Positions 15,201-30,075 of a stretch of 64,000 nt of DNA are shown piece after piece. This DNA is from Paramecium tetraurelia (taxonomy: Eukaryota). The stretch covers positions 124,001-188,000 of the forward strand of contig CT868054.1 in the NCBI GenBank assembly GCA_000165425.1, read 5' to 3'. The translations under genes were made by a program, and so were the position numbers. The notes below the pieces were generated by a model. It saw only the letters and a list, made by a program, of their open reading frames with translations. It was not told where the DNA came from and searched no databases. Each line of letters begins with the position of its first letter. Positions within the stretch are counted from its first letter, which is position 1.

Positions 15201-18200
15201 ACACATTTAAGATGCCATCAAACTGGCACAAAATACCTGCTGAAATAATTTGGATTTTAAAAGTCTACAATTAATTATGACCTGAAATTTTATTGGTCAC
15301 ATTTATTTAAAAAGTATAATTAGAGTTTGGGGATAATTTATATTCTTGTATTGCAATAGAATGATCCTTTTAGGAGGAGGTAATATCATAATTAATATTT
15401 GATTCTGATGCTTCTTTTGGAGTCTTTTCTATTTGAAATAATTAAACTGCATAAGTATAAAGTTGAGATGTCAAGATGACCTTTTTGTAACATTAAATGG
15501 TCTCGATATTAAAATTAAGTAGAATTTATTGGAATGTGAAATATCTCCTCTTTATATTTAAGAAAATGGTTGGTGAATCTCCATCATGAGTTGAAATCAT
15601 AAAATGCTATACTTAAGAGGTAGACAAAAAGTTTGAGAATTGAACAAAGAAGGTGATATTGGAATTGATCGGTAGAGTAGCTGCAGGTATTATTAAATTG
15701 AAATCCTTTAGGGTATTTTGATTTTCAATGAAGTCATCTAATTGTTTATTAGTTCGACTTGAAGATGTATAATACCAATAAGGATTTATCAGAGCTCTTT
15801 TTCCATCATACATGCGATTCATTTAATAGATCTATGTTTCCACACAAGGATTGATTAAATAATCAGGTACATCAAATTCTAATAAAGGTTATAGCAATAT
15901 TATTGGAGGTTTAACTTGATTGTGAACAAAAACTGATAACGGTTATTCACAAGATAGATGAGAAAGAGACTTATTATTGAAAAGCAATTAATCACCTACA
16001 TTTATATTAGGATAATCTCCTAATTAAATGAGTAATTTGTGGTTGTCAGTTGGACTTACTGAACAAAGTGGATTCCTTCCTAGTTTATCGATTGAAGTCA
16101 TCTCAAATATTTAGAAGCATTTATTTGATAAAGAGTAGGATTGGAATAGTTTATCATCCAAAGGAAAATCAAATACTATTATTAGACGATCGAGTTCATC
16201 TGAGAAATAAATATTTAACACTGCTACAACGCAACCTAAAGTTATAGAGATTGTATATATATACTAGAGCACCATGGAGTATCTTAATAGCAGACAGAGC
16301 CTGGCGGAGAATCACAAGTCATTTCTTAAGATAAGATTCTGTTTCCATTGCAAGTAATACATCTATTTGCATCACAGGTATCACATGTGTAATGACATTG
16401 TAGACAACTCTCATTAACAAAGTCATCAAAGAATCCATTAGGGCATTTGCATATTGGTACTGAAATTCTGTTACCCTTACATGAGGTGCAGTTATTTGAA
16501 TCTTGAGCACAAGTCAAACATTAGAATCCACATTCTAAATTTAGTATAAGAGTAATTACACACACAATTATTCAAACCTGCTTCAAAATAACCATCAGAA
16601 CATTCACAAGTAGGTCCAATTCTATCTGGTTTACAAGATAAACAATAAGCTGGGTTAGTAATACAAGTACCACATTAATATTCACAAGCTGGAGGTAATA
16701 TAATAATTTATACGTTAGCATGTTTATTATTAATCTTCAAAATATCCATCGATGCAATTACAAAGAGGAGGATTTGATCTGAAACTGTTACTGCAAGTTG
16801 AGCAATTAGTAGAGGCATTTAAGCACATTTTACATTGATAACTGCATTTCTAACATTAAATTTATGTTCCATCATCATAATACCCATCTTTACAATTACA
16901 TTGATATGATAAAGAATGACGATGTGAGTTGACTTGATAATTACAGCTGATACAAGTTTCACTGGAATTGATGCAATCATAACATTTTATGTGGCATTCT
17001 TAACATGATTAATTAGAATACTTTGACAATTCTGATTTTAGTCTTCAAAGAATCCTGTGATGCAAGGACACTTCTTCTAAATTGATTTGTCTATTCTCTT
17101 TTAATTTAAATCACAACTTGTACAAAAATGAGATTGAATATCACAAGTCTTACAAGAGTTTGAGCATTCTTAAATCAAATTAAATCTTACTTTAACAAAT
17201 TACAGATCCAGAATTGAAATATCCACTTTAACAAGTACATTAGTCTCCTTATTAAATTCTATGTTATTCTGAGTCATAGCATGATGTGCATTTAGTGGAA
17301 GAACTCTAACAGGTTTTGCATACTTCAGAGCATTTCTAACACATTGACACACCAACATCGTAGTAACCTTAAAGACATTAGCATTAATTATTATTAAGTA
17401 GTCGAAAGTAGGATTGACTACAAGTTTGGCAGTTGGTTGAAGAACTCAGACAAGTGGAGCATGAATAATGGCATTCTGAATATATAAAATTGATATACAT
17501 TGACAAAGCTCAGTATTTGTTTCAAAGTATCCATTCCTGCATATGCATTTCAACGAAATATTGTCAAATTCTCGAGTAAGTGTATTACATGTAGTACATT
17601 CATATTGACTCTGACATTGTAAACAACTAAAATGACACTCTAATGGTATGATAATTAAAATACATTAACACGATTTGGTAGTAACATCATAATAGTATTT
17701 AGACATACACACACATTAATTAGATTGAATATCATAATGAAGACTGGTATCACAGGATGTACAATGATTAGCATTATATTTGCATGTTAAACAAGTCTGA
17801 TTGCATGGCATACAATTTTGATTGGTTAGATTTTCATAATAGCCATCTATACATTCACATTTAGATCCCCATTTTAAAATTCTGAAGTCTCCACTTATAC
17901 AAGATAGACATTGTGTTGCTGTGTAGATACAAGTCAAACATGAGGAATGACAAAGATAGCATTGTTTATCATTATAATCCTCATAAAAACCATCATTGCA
18001 TTTACAAACTGATCCAATTTATATTCTATCCATAGGACAGGATGTACAATTATCCTATTGATCAATACAAGTATAACAAGTCAAATTGCATTATTAACAA
18101 ACTCCATTCAATTCAAAATATCCAAATTTGCATACACAATTACTCATTTACTTATTTAACATCCGATTTTATTAACCATTACATTCTATACATTAAGTTG

Positions 18201-21200
18201 GAGATTTAGAACATCTGAAACAATTGGCATCACATTTTGAACATTAAGCATACCCAACTTCATAATAACCATTTAAACAGTCACAATTTTATTGTAAATT
18301 TCTGGTTTATGGACAGGAAGTGCATTAATAAGATTATGATATACAAGTTAAACACTAGTAATCGCATTTTTTACAATTTGCTGAAAATCCATCATCATAA
18401 TATCCAGGTAAGCAAATACACGAATTTAAATATAGTACTCTATTTGAAACCGACTAGTTTATGCAACTCAAGCAATTCTAGAATGAATTACAACTGAGAC
18501 AAGAATAATGACACTTTTGACATTCTTAAACACCTGAATCAAAGTATCCCTGATTGCAAGGACAAGTTAAGATCAAGTCGTTAAGTTGTCGATGTGATGA
18601 TGCTTTACATTCACTACATAATGTGCTCATTTTAGAACATGTATAACAAGAATAATGGCATTCTAAAATGAACTAACAATTATTACATTAGCATAAACTG
18701 TTTTATCCATCATCATAATATCCATCAGGACAAACACACTTCTTTAACATCTAGTTTAACACTCTCAGACTATTCTCCAAACATTCCAAACATGTGTCAT
18801 CCTTTGAAATGCACAATTTACATTATATACTGCATTCTTAAAAGTCATAGATTAATTTAAAATACTTTAACACACTGCCCTACCGACTTCAAAATATCCA
18901 TCTTTGCAAATACACGTAGATCCAATTTATACTCTGTTTTCACTATCAAGACATGTTATACATTGATTTGGTGCAGAACTCTTCTAACATGTTAAGCATG
19001 TATAATGGCAATCTGGATGATAGACTATTATTATACTTTAGCATTATAGGACTCCCTTCAATTCATAGGTGCTTATCTGATATCCCTGAACTTTTGTCTT
19101 ACAAAGACATTTATTGCCGTTGAGATATCTATCTTTCGAACAAGCTGTACAATTATCATATTAATCTACACACTCTTAACAATATGAACTGCATTCTATA
19201 AATTACTATTTATCAATTCATACTTTAACACTCTTATACTTCCTACTCGAAATAGCCTTACATGCAAACACATTCATTATTTATTAACTTTCTGAATTTA
19301 TTTTTATTACAAGAGTTACATGATTATTCAGTGGCATCAGTGCAAGATTAACATTTAAAATGGCACACTATAATTTCAATTTTTAAATACTTTTGCATAT
19401 AGGAATTTAAATTTCATCATAGAACTCTTCAGTGCATGAACATGAATTGTCAGATCCTAATTGTCGACCTGAATTAGGAGGACAACTTAAACAATAATAG
19501 CTAGTATCCTTGCAGAGTTAGCATTTATAAGAGCACTCTAAATATGAATTACAAATATATCACTTCCACAAATTGGTTCTCCAGTTATATCATAATAACC
19601 TTCCATACAAGTACAAGTGTTTCCAATCTGAACTCTGTATTATACTTCTTCTGAACATTCTATACAATTATCTAAATTGACGTTGTCACAAGATTTACAA
19701 CTGTAATGACATCCTAAATTATGAGTGGAAATGAAAGTTACCTTAGCATAAGAGATTACCGATATCATAGGAAGCAATAGGACAATTACATTAAACTGAG
19801 TCAAATTCACGATAAGTCGTATCGCAACTTAGACAATTATACAATTCTGGTCCATCACAAGATAGACATGAATAATGGCAAGGTTGGCATTCCATAGTTC
19901 CATCCAAGTCATAGTAGCCAATTTCCTAACAAGTGCAAATGAAAGTAGATCCAGCAACAATTGAAATCCTTGATGAAGGACACTGAGTGCATTTGTCAAT
20001 CCCAGAGTCAAACAGACAATTTTAACATGAATAATGACATTCTATTAAATTATTAAATTTAAAATACATTAGCATTCCATATTCACATTGTCGTCATAAT
20101 ACTGATCTTAACATAAACATTCTTTCTTTTATGACAAATACCTATGTGAACTGTCTGAACACTTGACACAACTTTTAGACAACACTCCATAGCAAGATGC
20201 ACATGCATAATAACACTCTTGGAAATATACATATGAGATAAGTTACTATAGCAAATTTCATAGATTCCATCATCACTATAATTCTCTTGACATACGCAAT
20301 CTAAATCATCTGATATTTCTCTGTTTTATCCATCAATACATTTTATACAATATTCCAGCGAAGTACCAGGTCGAGATTGAATACACTCAGCGCATTTTTT
20401 ATGACATTCTAAACCTTATATGAATCATATACTAGCGCATGTAAGATCTGGAACTAATTTGTTTTCTTAAGTAGAGAATGATAATACATTTCCATACCCC
20501 TCAATACAAGCACATTCTCCTTTAACTGTTAAATAACGATGATAGATATTCGGATCTCCACAATCTACACAATCACTCATAGTGGTTCCCTTGCATGCAT
20601 AACATGTTTTATGGCATCCTTGAATAAAAGAAAATCTAAACTTTTGCATACTAACGGTCTGCCATCCGTTCTAGTTTTGTCAAAAAACTCAAAGAACAAG
20701 GTTTGACAAACGCAAGAAGTCCCTACCAATTCTCTTCCATAAAAGCTATCGCAATGAGTACAAGAAAACGGAGTAGGATCGCAAAGTTAACAATACAATG
20801 TAGTACAACTTTTACAGGTTCCATAATAATCCCCTTAGCTTCCTTTAATGTTGCATTCACATTCACCTGCACTTGTTAGATATTTCCCCATCCCATCATT
20901 GCAGACAGTACAAATGTTTGGGTCATCTAATTAACAATATAAGCAGTGCTTTTTAACACAAGTCAAAACTACACATGCAGAATTCACCAAAACATATCCA
21001 GGACGACAATATAAGCATCCCGATTCATTGCATATTGGACAGTTCTTTCTTTTATTGCAACCTTGGTTTATCATTCAATCTATTACTTGAGCATTAATTA
21101 AACATGGTATCCCAAAAATAACCAAACAGACATTCCAAACATTTAGTACCTGTGAGAGTTCCTGCCCATCATATACCAGTTCTTAGTTATTACAATTCTT

Positions 21201-22145
21201 CTCCCCCAAGCATTAGTTTTTTATTAAGACATAAGGGTAGAGACACACCAAGCATGTTTCAGTTTATGTAGTCGAATCTATATCGCATTTTGAACAATAT
21301 GTTATTTTACAAACTTAAATTTCATGAATTTTTACAAACGCAGATTGTACCCAATTAAAAAGCTCCATCTTCCATGCATGGAAGCTCATAAACAACATTA
21401 GTTGTGAGGTCCATATAGCATGAACTATAAGGTATACAACCTAAATTACTCAGGACAAATTACTTTGAGAGCAAGTTTAATCATATTCACTTTTCTTTCC
21501 ATATCCTGGATAACAGAGTGCGCAAGTACCATCAAGATTTTGCTATTAACATTCTAAGTAATAATTATTTAATTACTTGATGTTAGTTTAGTAGATGTAG
21601 TATTGTATTTTTCACAATTCTCCCCATAGTAATTGTCCTGGCAATATAAGCATTTATAAATTCCACTCTTAATTAAAGCCAAATAACAACGAATTTTATC
21701 TTCAGTAGTTTCGTCTAATTTATCATCTTAAATTATTTTACATTGACATTAAAAAAAATATTTCCCTTCTTCATTAATTGACATGACCAATTAACCTAAA
21801 GGACTGCCGCAGGTCATATAAGTTAAATATATGCTTATTTATTTTGCAATTGCGGAGGCTCCGACTTAAACATCTGGATGACAAAATAAATCGTAATAAT
21901 AATTCTTCGATGTTCGCTTTATGATCGGCGTTGTAACTCCAATACATTCAGGAGATATGCCTCTTGATAAGGAAAATTTTACTTATGCAATAATATGGAT
22001 AAATCGGAAAAAAGAAATGTTATGCCTAACCTTGATTACAAATAACTCCATCATAAATGTCACCTAATTCAATTTACATTCGGAATGCTATTACGAAATT
22101 CATGAATCCTAATATAACAGTCCCTTTAATGAATTAGTTAACCAT
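12256..22145 (-). CDS. giant Cys-rich repeat / REJ-like / GPS-like multi-TM receptor, paralog B
   Basis: Starts MVNQFIKGTVILGFMNFVIA; colinear with paralog A (CLSCKPDRIG...CKGNRI...TPWCS/CVVAV, DLDTQFNWNADPD, NYELLNFTF, QFRLFDY, VACQCNYSGEVF, YLHQITALYY); TGA at 12256-12258. Confidence 0.85.
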
Positions 22146-22899
22146 AGATTTTATAATTTAATTAAACATCTTTTATATTCACAATAATATGATTTCCGAC
22201 TCTCCAATATTTTTGCCAGGTCTAATATATCAATAAATTAATAGAATCATAGACAAACACTTTTTGCATTTTCTATAGTTAATTTAAATTGTCATTAAAT
22301 CATTACTTAGCCAATTTTAAGGGTCCCACCATTTTTAATCAAAATTTATAGTTTTAAACATTATAATTTTATAGATTTACAATAAACATTTTATATTTCT
22401 AAAAATAATTATTTGTTTATTTAAAATTTAAAATTTAAAAACACATTTTTATTTATAGTAACTATTGCAGATTTATTTCAAACTTAAAGCAAATTTAATA
22501 CTATTTCCAAAAATCAACTTAACTTATTTCTATAATTTCTACAAATAAGTTTAGATTACATTCTTTGCAAAAAGAAACTTAATTTATTCACATAATAGAT
22601 TTAAATGATCGGATTTTTTAACTAATTTCTATAAAATAGAATTTTATTGTCATCATATCCTATCCAAGAACCTTAATAGAAATTCTAAGATCCATTTAAT
22701 TGATCTATTCAATTCATTTACAATTTTGATATGATAACCTTCACATTTTATTACTAATTTGAATTCATTTTCAAAATGGAGGGTAATGTGGTAGAATTGT
22801 TGAATTTATGATTGATTTTAATTTTTTTTCAAATGCACTTTTAGATAAAAGCGCACAAATGCAGTAGTATTTGTATTTAAATATTAAATTAAGCAAAGA

Positions 22900-24468
22900 A
22901 TGCAGGTTGTCAATGTGTCGAATAAACAAATCAAGAACTTTAACTTGGAAACAATTGTAATGAATGTATGATTATGATTTAGAATGCTGTCTATGATACA
23001 CACCTAAATTATGCAAAAACTAGATCAATCAATTGCAGTCACAATTTATTGGGATCAACAGATGGGTTTTCTTAATTTCAATGTCTCTACAACTTGGATA
23101 TGAGTCATAATCGTATTAATTAGTTCTTCCAATTGACTTCATCTTTGGTCGAAATAAATTTGGCTCACAATCTGTTGGGGAGTGTGTTTGATGATTTTCA
23201 GAAATCTCTAAAGTCACAAGGTACTCGTTTATACGTAGGGTCATTCTTATCAAATTTGAAGAACTTGAAAATCATTGATCTCAGTTATAATAACATTTCA
23301 TCGATCAGTTCCAACATATTTGATAACAACACTCAACTTCGTAAAATAAACCTCAGCAACAATCAACTGGCATGTGCCTTGTGGTGTTTTACCAAACTGG
23401 AAAATCTGGAGATGTAATATACTAAATATCATAATAGAATTGATGTCGGACATAATTAATTAAATATTAACGATTTAAAGCCATTAGAGAAAATAAGATT
23501 GGAGAGTTTGAATCTTAGATTCAATCCATTAGAGAACACGGACAAATGTGAAGAGAAATTGATGAAGCATCTACTCTACACTCGAAGGATCGAATTGTCA
23601 TACACTCAATTGGAACAATAGATAATTATGAATTCCAAACAGAGTTCCAAGTTGGATCAAAGCGTCAATAGCAATGACTCTATACAATAACAAGCAACTG
23701 AGAGATCAACTATGAGTCGTTTAAGCAAAGTCAGCAACAGACTTGCAAGACCCAAAACACCTTAGAATACCAAGAATGAGACATACTAAATAAATAGAAC
23801 TCCAGTCAAGGCATAGAATCTGCAGGAAGTGAAGAAATCTAAGGGGGAGTTGAAAAAGAATATAAGCATTACTCCAAAGAAAAACAATCAAACACCTAAG
23901 TAATAACGATAGGTCTGTATGAAAACAGTGGATCAACACGATGAATAGATTAAGCAAAGAGATTCATATTAGTAATAGAAATCAACAACAAAAATACCGG
24001 CTTTGAATTTACAAATGCTAAAAGTGACTCCATTTTAATTAAGTGAAGTTGGTTCTGAAAGGGAAGATTTTCCTATGTTATTTGAAGAAGATGACGAGAA
24101 GTAACTACTTGAAGAATTGAGACTTTTGGGGGAAGTTGTGAAGTAGAAGAAGCAACATGAAGTTAGTATTGAAAGACAAATAACAATGAACAAAAATATA
24201 ATTTCATTGATGAAGATTATGATCAAAGGAAGTATCTGAATTTGTATATTCATAAGTTTATTTGTATGATGTTAACGAGTACAACAAGGGATTCGATGAA
24301 ATGATGACAGAATTGTAAAAGGAATTAGAATCGAAGAATCCATAATTCTAAGATCTGAAACTTAAATTGATGAGATTCAATAAGGAACATTACGAATTAA
24401 ATAAAATGTATTATAGTTTAGAGTAATCTGAAAGAGTGGTTGATAATATCAAGCAATAATTAATTTGA
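22900..24468 (+). CDS. leucine-rich repeat protein with coiled-coil C-terminus
   Basis: LxxLxLSxNxI repeats (LDMSHNRI, INLAHNLL, IDLSYNNI, INLSNNQL, LDVGHNQL, LNLRFNPL); short introns at ~22957 and ~23414; charged coiled-coil tail; TGA 24466-24468. Confidence 0.85.
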
Positions 24469-25351
24469 ATTACTAAAATTATGGTTATTACATCTATCTT
24501 GGTTGTTCTTGTTTTAATTATTACTTAAATGACTTTAGGATCTCTTATGTCTTCTCAATCATAACGCTTATCAAATCTGATTCAGTTGTCTGATTTGTGT
24601 TTTTGACTTTGCTTTTCTCTAATTGTTTTTTGTGCTGAATATATTTTTGCAATCCTTAGATAAAAGGGTTCAAGTATACATAAGCAGAATCCCCTCTCTA
24701 GATATCTTTGATCTACACCCATCTTTTATAATTAGAGTATAATTTACTAGATGGATCCAATTTCATAACGAGTGCTTGTCGTGAACTTATGATCCTCACT
24801 CACTCCACAAATTATATACATCCTTTGAGGTTATCCAGTATCTTCACAAACAAATTCTAAGTAATCCTAATGAATAACAAATTCAAATACTTTTTCGCTA
24901 ATCTTCTTAGAAATATCGTAGCCTACCTCTTCCCACACCTCTCTTATTGCACATTCAACACCTGACTCATTCTTATTAACCTTCCCTTTTGGAAAGCTGT
25001 ACACTGTTTGATTGTAATTCATAACTAGTAACACACAATCCAAAGTTTCATTCAGCAATATGGCTCCATATAAGGGAATATGCTTTTGATATTGCTTGAA
25101 TTGTTTAAGGTAGCTTTGGTTATTTAGATATTTTACTGTTTAAGGTTTCCTCTTATTTCATTATATTCGGATAATGGATTCAAAAGCCAAGAATAAAATT
25201 CTGTTTATGACATCTTATCTTCCGGATTCAAGAAATCTAAATAGTACCAATAGGCATTTTATAAATGGAAAAATAATCTGTCAGGCTTCTTTTCCTCTTA
25301 ATCCAAATTCACGATAAATCTACATAATAAACTCTCCCTGGTTTGATCCAT
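24449..25351 (-). CDS. DCP2: mRNA-decapping enzyme subunit 2 (Box A + Nudix)
   Basis: Box A: LLCRFIVNL...RLFFHLQNAYWYYLDF; IPLYGAILLNETLDCVLLV; Nudix box FPKGKVNKNESGVECAIREVWEEVG; TRYEIGSIQW. Confidence 0.93.
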
Positions 25352-25377
25352 TATTTATATTTATTATTATTTTATTA

Positions 25378-25794
25378 ATGCAATAATATCAATCGCAACC
25401 AGCATTTAATCCTAAACATTTGTTTACGATGAAAAAGTATTTCAATGGGTATGTTCAATAAAACAGATTTTTCCACAAAAAAACTGAAACCAAGTCAGAC
25501 AATGGAAGTGAGGTATTTAAAGAAATCTAATAACTACCCTAAATCGTATAAAGAATAGATAGAAGAATTGAGAATGTGAATTATAAATATAAAAGTGCTC
25601 CCATGATAGAAAAGAAGAAGCAGAACTCACGCAAACTCTCTTTCCCAGTACTCAAGTATTCTCCGACCGAGAATAAGTTACAATTGTAGAAGATAAAAGA
25701 CTTGATTGAATAGCACACGTCACGTGTAATTGTTAAAGATGACATGCTTAAACATATGGTTGGTTATAGCAAGATTTCGTAGATGATTATTTGA
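25378..25794 (+). CDS. small hypothetical protein (start/splicing uncertain)
   Basis: Open code-6 frame from ~25445 to TGA 25792-25794 (MEVRYLKKSKQLPQIVQRIDRRIEN...); the upstream ATG at 25378 is in a different frame. Confidence 0.5.
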
Positions 25795-26083
25795 TTATGA
25801 ATCATAATACTCTAATACACTCTTTTCTTTTTATTTCTATTTAATTTCATCCACAATTCAAAAAGGCAGTCTTCCTTTATTTGAAGTTGGAGTTTAAATT
25901 ATTAATAGATAAGCATATATAATTTTTAGGTAAAATTTTTATCTCAATAATTCCTATTAACTTTTAATACTCCTAAGAATTATTATTAATCAAGGCTATG
26001 GAAATGGTGACTCTTCTGTTCTCCTTTAATCAAATAATATATTTAGGATAAATATTTTACTAAAGAGAATTATTAATTAAATA

Positions 26084-27439
26084 ATGGTTAATTTCGATTA
26101 ACTCTTAGAGGAATCATTAAAAATGGGTTCTTTTTAGAAAAAGTCTCTATTAGTTGTTTCGTTGATAGACTTCTCAGATGGGGTTGAGAAGACTATCATT
26201 GGTATTATGTTAACTATATTATCACATGAATGGAAATTGGATTAAAGTGAAGTTTCCAATTTGGCAAGCATTTATTTTATAGGAATCGTAGGTGGCACTA
26301 TGTTTTGTGCATTCAACACCGATACAATTGGAAGATAAAGAACATTAATGTTGAGTAGTATGATTGGCTTCGTTTGTATGCTATGGATGAGCTTAGCATA
26401 AACATATTTAGAAATGTTCTTACTGCGATTAGGATTTGGTTTTATTTTTGGAACAACCATACCTTTGGGACACATTGTTATAACAGAGATAATCCCAGCA
26501 AATATCCGGGGGTCAGTTATGACATTTATTGCATCCGTGTTTATAGTAGGCAAGATTTATTGCACTTTCTTATGCATGGCTTTATTACAAGGATTTGATG
26601 AAGGACATTGGAGAATATTAGTGGCATTAAATTCATTACCTTTACTAATATGCTGCATAGGATCTGTAATGTACTTAAGAGAGTCACCCAGGTATTATTT
26701 AGTTAAATAATAATATCAATAAGCATTTGAAGAAATAGAGTTGATTGCTTTGCAAAATAATTCTACGAACTTTTAATTAACAAATAATATGAAAGAAGGT
26801 TTGATAGAAAACTCATAATAAATAATAAGGTCAGAGACCAATTTTAAATAACTGTTTAAAGGTAAGTATGAAGGATTCACTATTAGAATGTGGGTGGTTT
26901 TCATTTTGACTTCCTTTATAGAGTGCTCTCTTTATATTCTAATGCCTTTTTGGTTGCATCAACACAATAAAGGATTTGAAATCATCTTATTTATGATGAT
27001 ATCTGAACTGTTTGCCAATATGTGTATTTACAAAGTTATCGACAGTAAGATCTTTGGGGGTAGACAGAAGCTTGTGATATATATAGCATTGATAATTGGT
27101 GTGATCTCATTGATCACTTATATATAAGGAGAGGAATTATTAGTTTTTGGAATGACAACAATCTCATTTTTTTTGAAGATGATGTTCACAACTGAGATGG
27201 TTATAATGAATGAGAATTATACAACTTAATTTAGATCAATGGGAGTAGGATTAACTTAAACAGTTGGTAAATTTACAGGAGCAGTAATTCCATTTATTAT
27301 ATTTCCAATATTCTAAATAAACCCATTCTTGCCATTCCTGCTATATTTCATTTGCATGTTAATCTAAGCTATTTTTGCCTACCAATTTCCCTTTGATATG
27401 ACGCAAGTACAATTGGACTGCGTAAAAGTATTTTCTTGA
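26084..27439 (+). CDS. major facilitator superfamily transporter (SV2/SVOP-like, sugar/organic cation group), intronless
   Basis: 451-aa code-6 frame; IDFSDGVE, motif A TDTIGRQRTL, LLRLGFGFIFG, TEIIPANIRG, WR, RESPRYY, NENYTTQFRSMGVG; about 12 hydrophobic segments. Confidence 0.92.
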
Positions 27440-27461
27440 CTAAAATTATTATATATATATA

Positions 27462-29057
27462 ATGTTTTCAGAAATAATACCTTCATTAATGGATTATTCC
27501 CAACATCTGGATCGTACCATAAAGGAATTGTAATAACAAATATTGTAAATGGAAACTATAACCAATAAGACTAACTCACATAAAAGACCACTTGAGATGA
27601 AATATTTATCTCACAAATCTTCTGTTCCATCTACTCTCCCTGACATTAACAATGATATTGATAAAATCCTATAAACAGCTGAACAATTTTTAACAGATCC
27701 CAATAAAACATAAATTGAACCTAAGAAATAAGAAAAGCAAGATTTTGAATAACCAAAAAGGAAATTAGAATCATTCAAATAGCCAAGCAACAAAAAATAA
27801 ATTCTCTCTCGTAAAGTAAGTCAGAAAAAGTTATCACCTTCTAAATTGTCAATGCACAAACGATCTGGATCTTTATACAAATAAGAGGTGACACCAAAAG
27901 TTACTTAGGTTCAACCAAAGTTTGCTATGCAATAAAGGGAATCCACCAAATCATTCAAAGATCAAAGCCGATTAATCAAGCAATCACCAACTAAATCAAT
28001 TCATGAGAAAAATTCAATCCTTATTGAAGATTAAAGTAAAGCCAAACCGCCTATTCCTTCTGTTCAGCCAGTTCGAAAATAACCTTCATAGCCTTATTTA
28101 TAATTGCAACCCATTCCTTAATAACAGTAATAGCAACAGAATTTGAATTCCTCATACACACAAGCACAGACAAATAATAATAAGATGGAGAACAACTAAC
28201 AACAATAATAAAATGCATTGAAGAAGTTTGATTTCAATGGGTACAAAGAATTGAGCAGATTGAAACGAATGAAGGATGCCATTTTTGTTGAATATCAATA
28301 AAGCTACACATATTTTAGAGAAAAAGAATAAAAAGCGAGGGCTAGGTTTCTTACTAAATTCCATTAGCATATGAATGAGAGAAAGAAGTTGCTATAATAA
28401 TCTGCTTACGGAGATAAGCAAACCTTCTTCCTTCCTTAGTGATCAAATCCATCCATAATTCTTTTCTTTTATAGAAGAACAATTGACCATCGGGTAACCA
28501 AAAACTCTTCTGATCCTTAAATATTGTGAATAAGTTCAAAAAACCATTGATTCTATTGAAGTAAGACTATTTTCTATATTCAGTTTGATGATGAACTACT
28601 AAAGAACCTTAAGAGAGCCAATAAATAAAACATTTCCAAGATATCCTTAACAGAATTGGTCGAAGTCTTTAAATTATGGAGTCAAGTCTAAATCATTAGA
28701 TAAAATTATCAACAACTCACACAATTTATTCAACCTATACCAGAATTAACTTATGACTTGATTTAGTGGATTTGTTTAAGACCTAAAGTTATCAAGAAGG
28801 ACAAATAGCAAGTACAATTAAGCCAGAAGGTCATTCGTTATAATCAATTTGCCACATCTTAGGAGGAAGCTCTTGAAACCAACAAACTGATTATTAAAGA
28901 AGAGATCTTTCGATTTCTGTGGGATATTATTCAAAAATTGGTATTCTCATAATCGCAACTTGAAACTTCAATGGCTTTATTCAAATCCATTCTCAAATTC
29001 CTCACTAAAAACAATTGTAGTGTATATGTGTATAAGAATTCAGATTTATTTATATGA
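27462..29057 (+). CDS. hypothetical protein with low-complexity Gln/Ser/Lys-rich N-half and helical C-domain
   Basis: Long code-6 frame from MFSEIIPSLMDYSQHL; poly-Q stretches ~28120-28210; intron ~28560-28582; TGA 29055-29057. Confidence 0.7.
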
Positions 29058-29071
29058 CATTAATATAATAA

Positions 29072-30075
29072 ATGCATAATTAATTACTAACTAATAGATG
29101 TAATTTCAAAACTGATCGCATTTCCAAAATCCTGTCAGCCTACACTGTGGAAAGTGAAAAGCATAATCAACAGAGTTTTCGAATGTTGAGCTAGAAAATC
29201 AAGAGTAAAGTATAAATCTCAGATATAAAAAGATAGGAAATTAAATCAGCGATCATCAAACTCTCTACCCTAAACCAGATATCAAAGACTCTAAAATAGA
29301 AATCTCTAAATTTTTTAGTGACCATAAAAAAACTCAGATCTAAATCAATGTTAAAGATTTACTCATGCATAAAAGTTAAATGCAAAAATCACTATCCAAA
29401 AAATCCAGAGATTCCAATCAACGATAAAATGAAATCATCGAAAAATTGAATAAGACATAGAACGAAATCTATAAGAATTACATTGCCAAAAGAGATTCTA
29501 ATGGATCAAAAACTTATAGAGACTCAAGTAATTTCAGCCTCTTTACTTAGGGGATTTGGATATCCGTATCAAGTTGAATGATAAAAGTACTCAATCCCAA
29601 CAAGCCTTACTCTAAACACTCATCAATAAGAGCAATGAAAAAAAGTCAGTTGAACCAAGGGATTCCCCAGATCTATGTTATACCCCATCACATAACATGC
29701 TTCAATCTACCTTCTAAAATAGCTTGCTTATACGATCAGGAAGCTAAGGCAATGTGGCCAGCACCTCGAAATTAAATAATAAAATACAAGATTCAAAACT
29801 TAAAAAAATAAAAAACTATCTTGAATAAGCTAAAACCCATCGACCAATCGCAGATTATTATAAACTGAGTCAAGAAATTGATAAGGTCAAAAAAGGCAAA
29901 TTAGTTTAAGTGGAAAGAAATAAACTTCTATCCCTCCTAAAAATAGCATATCGAGCTAAATCTAAAATAGATTAATTTAATGAATATCTGAAAAAATAAG
30001 AAAAAATTTCAACTTTAATTTAGAGTTTCTTAATAAATGAGTGTACCTATTTATTTTTATATTAGTATTAACTGA
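29072..30075 (+). CDS. hypothetical protein
   Basis: Code-6 frame from MHNQLLTNRCNF joined by short introns (~29210, 29528-29550, 30041-30065); TGA 30073-30075. Confidence 0.6.
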
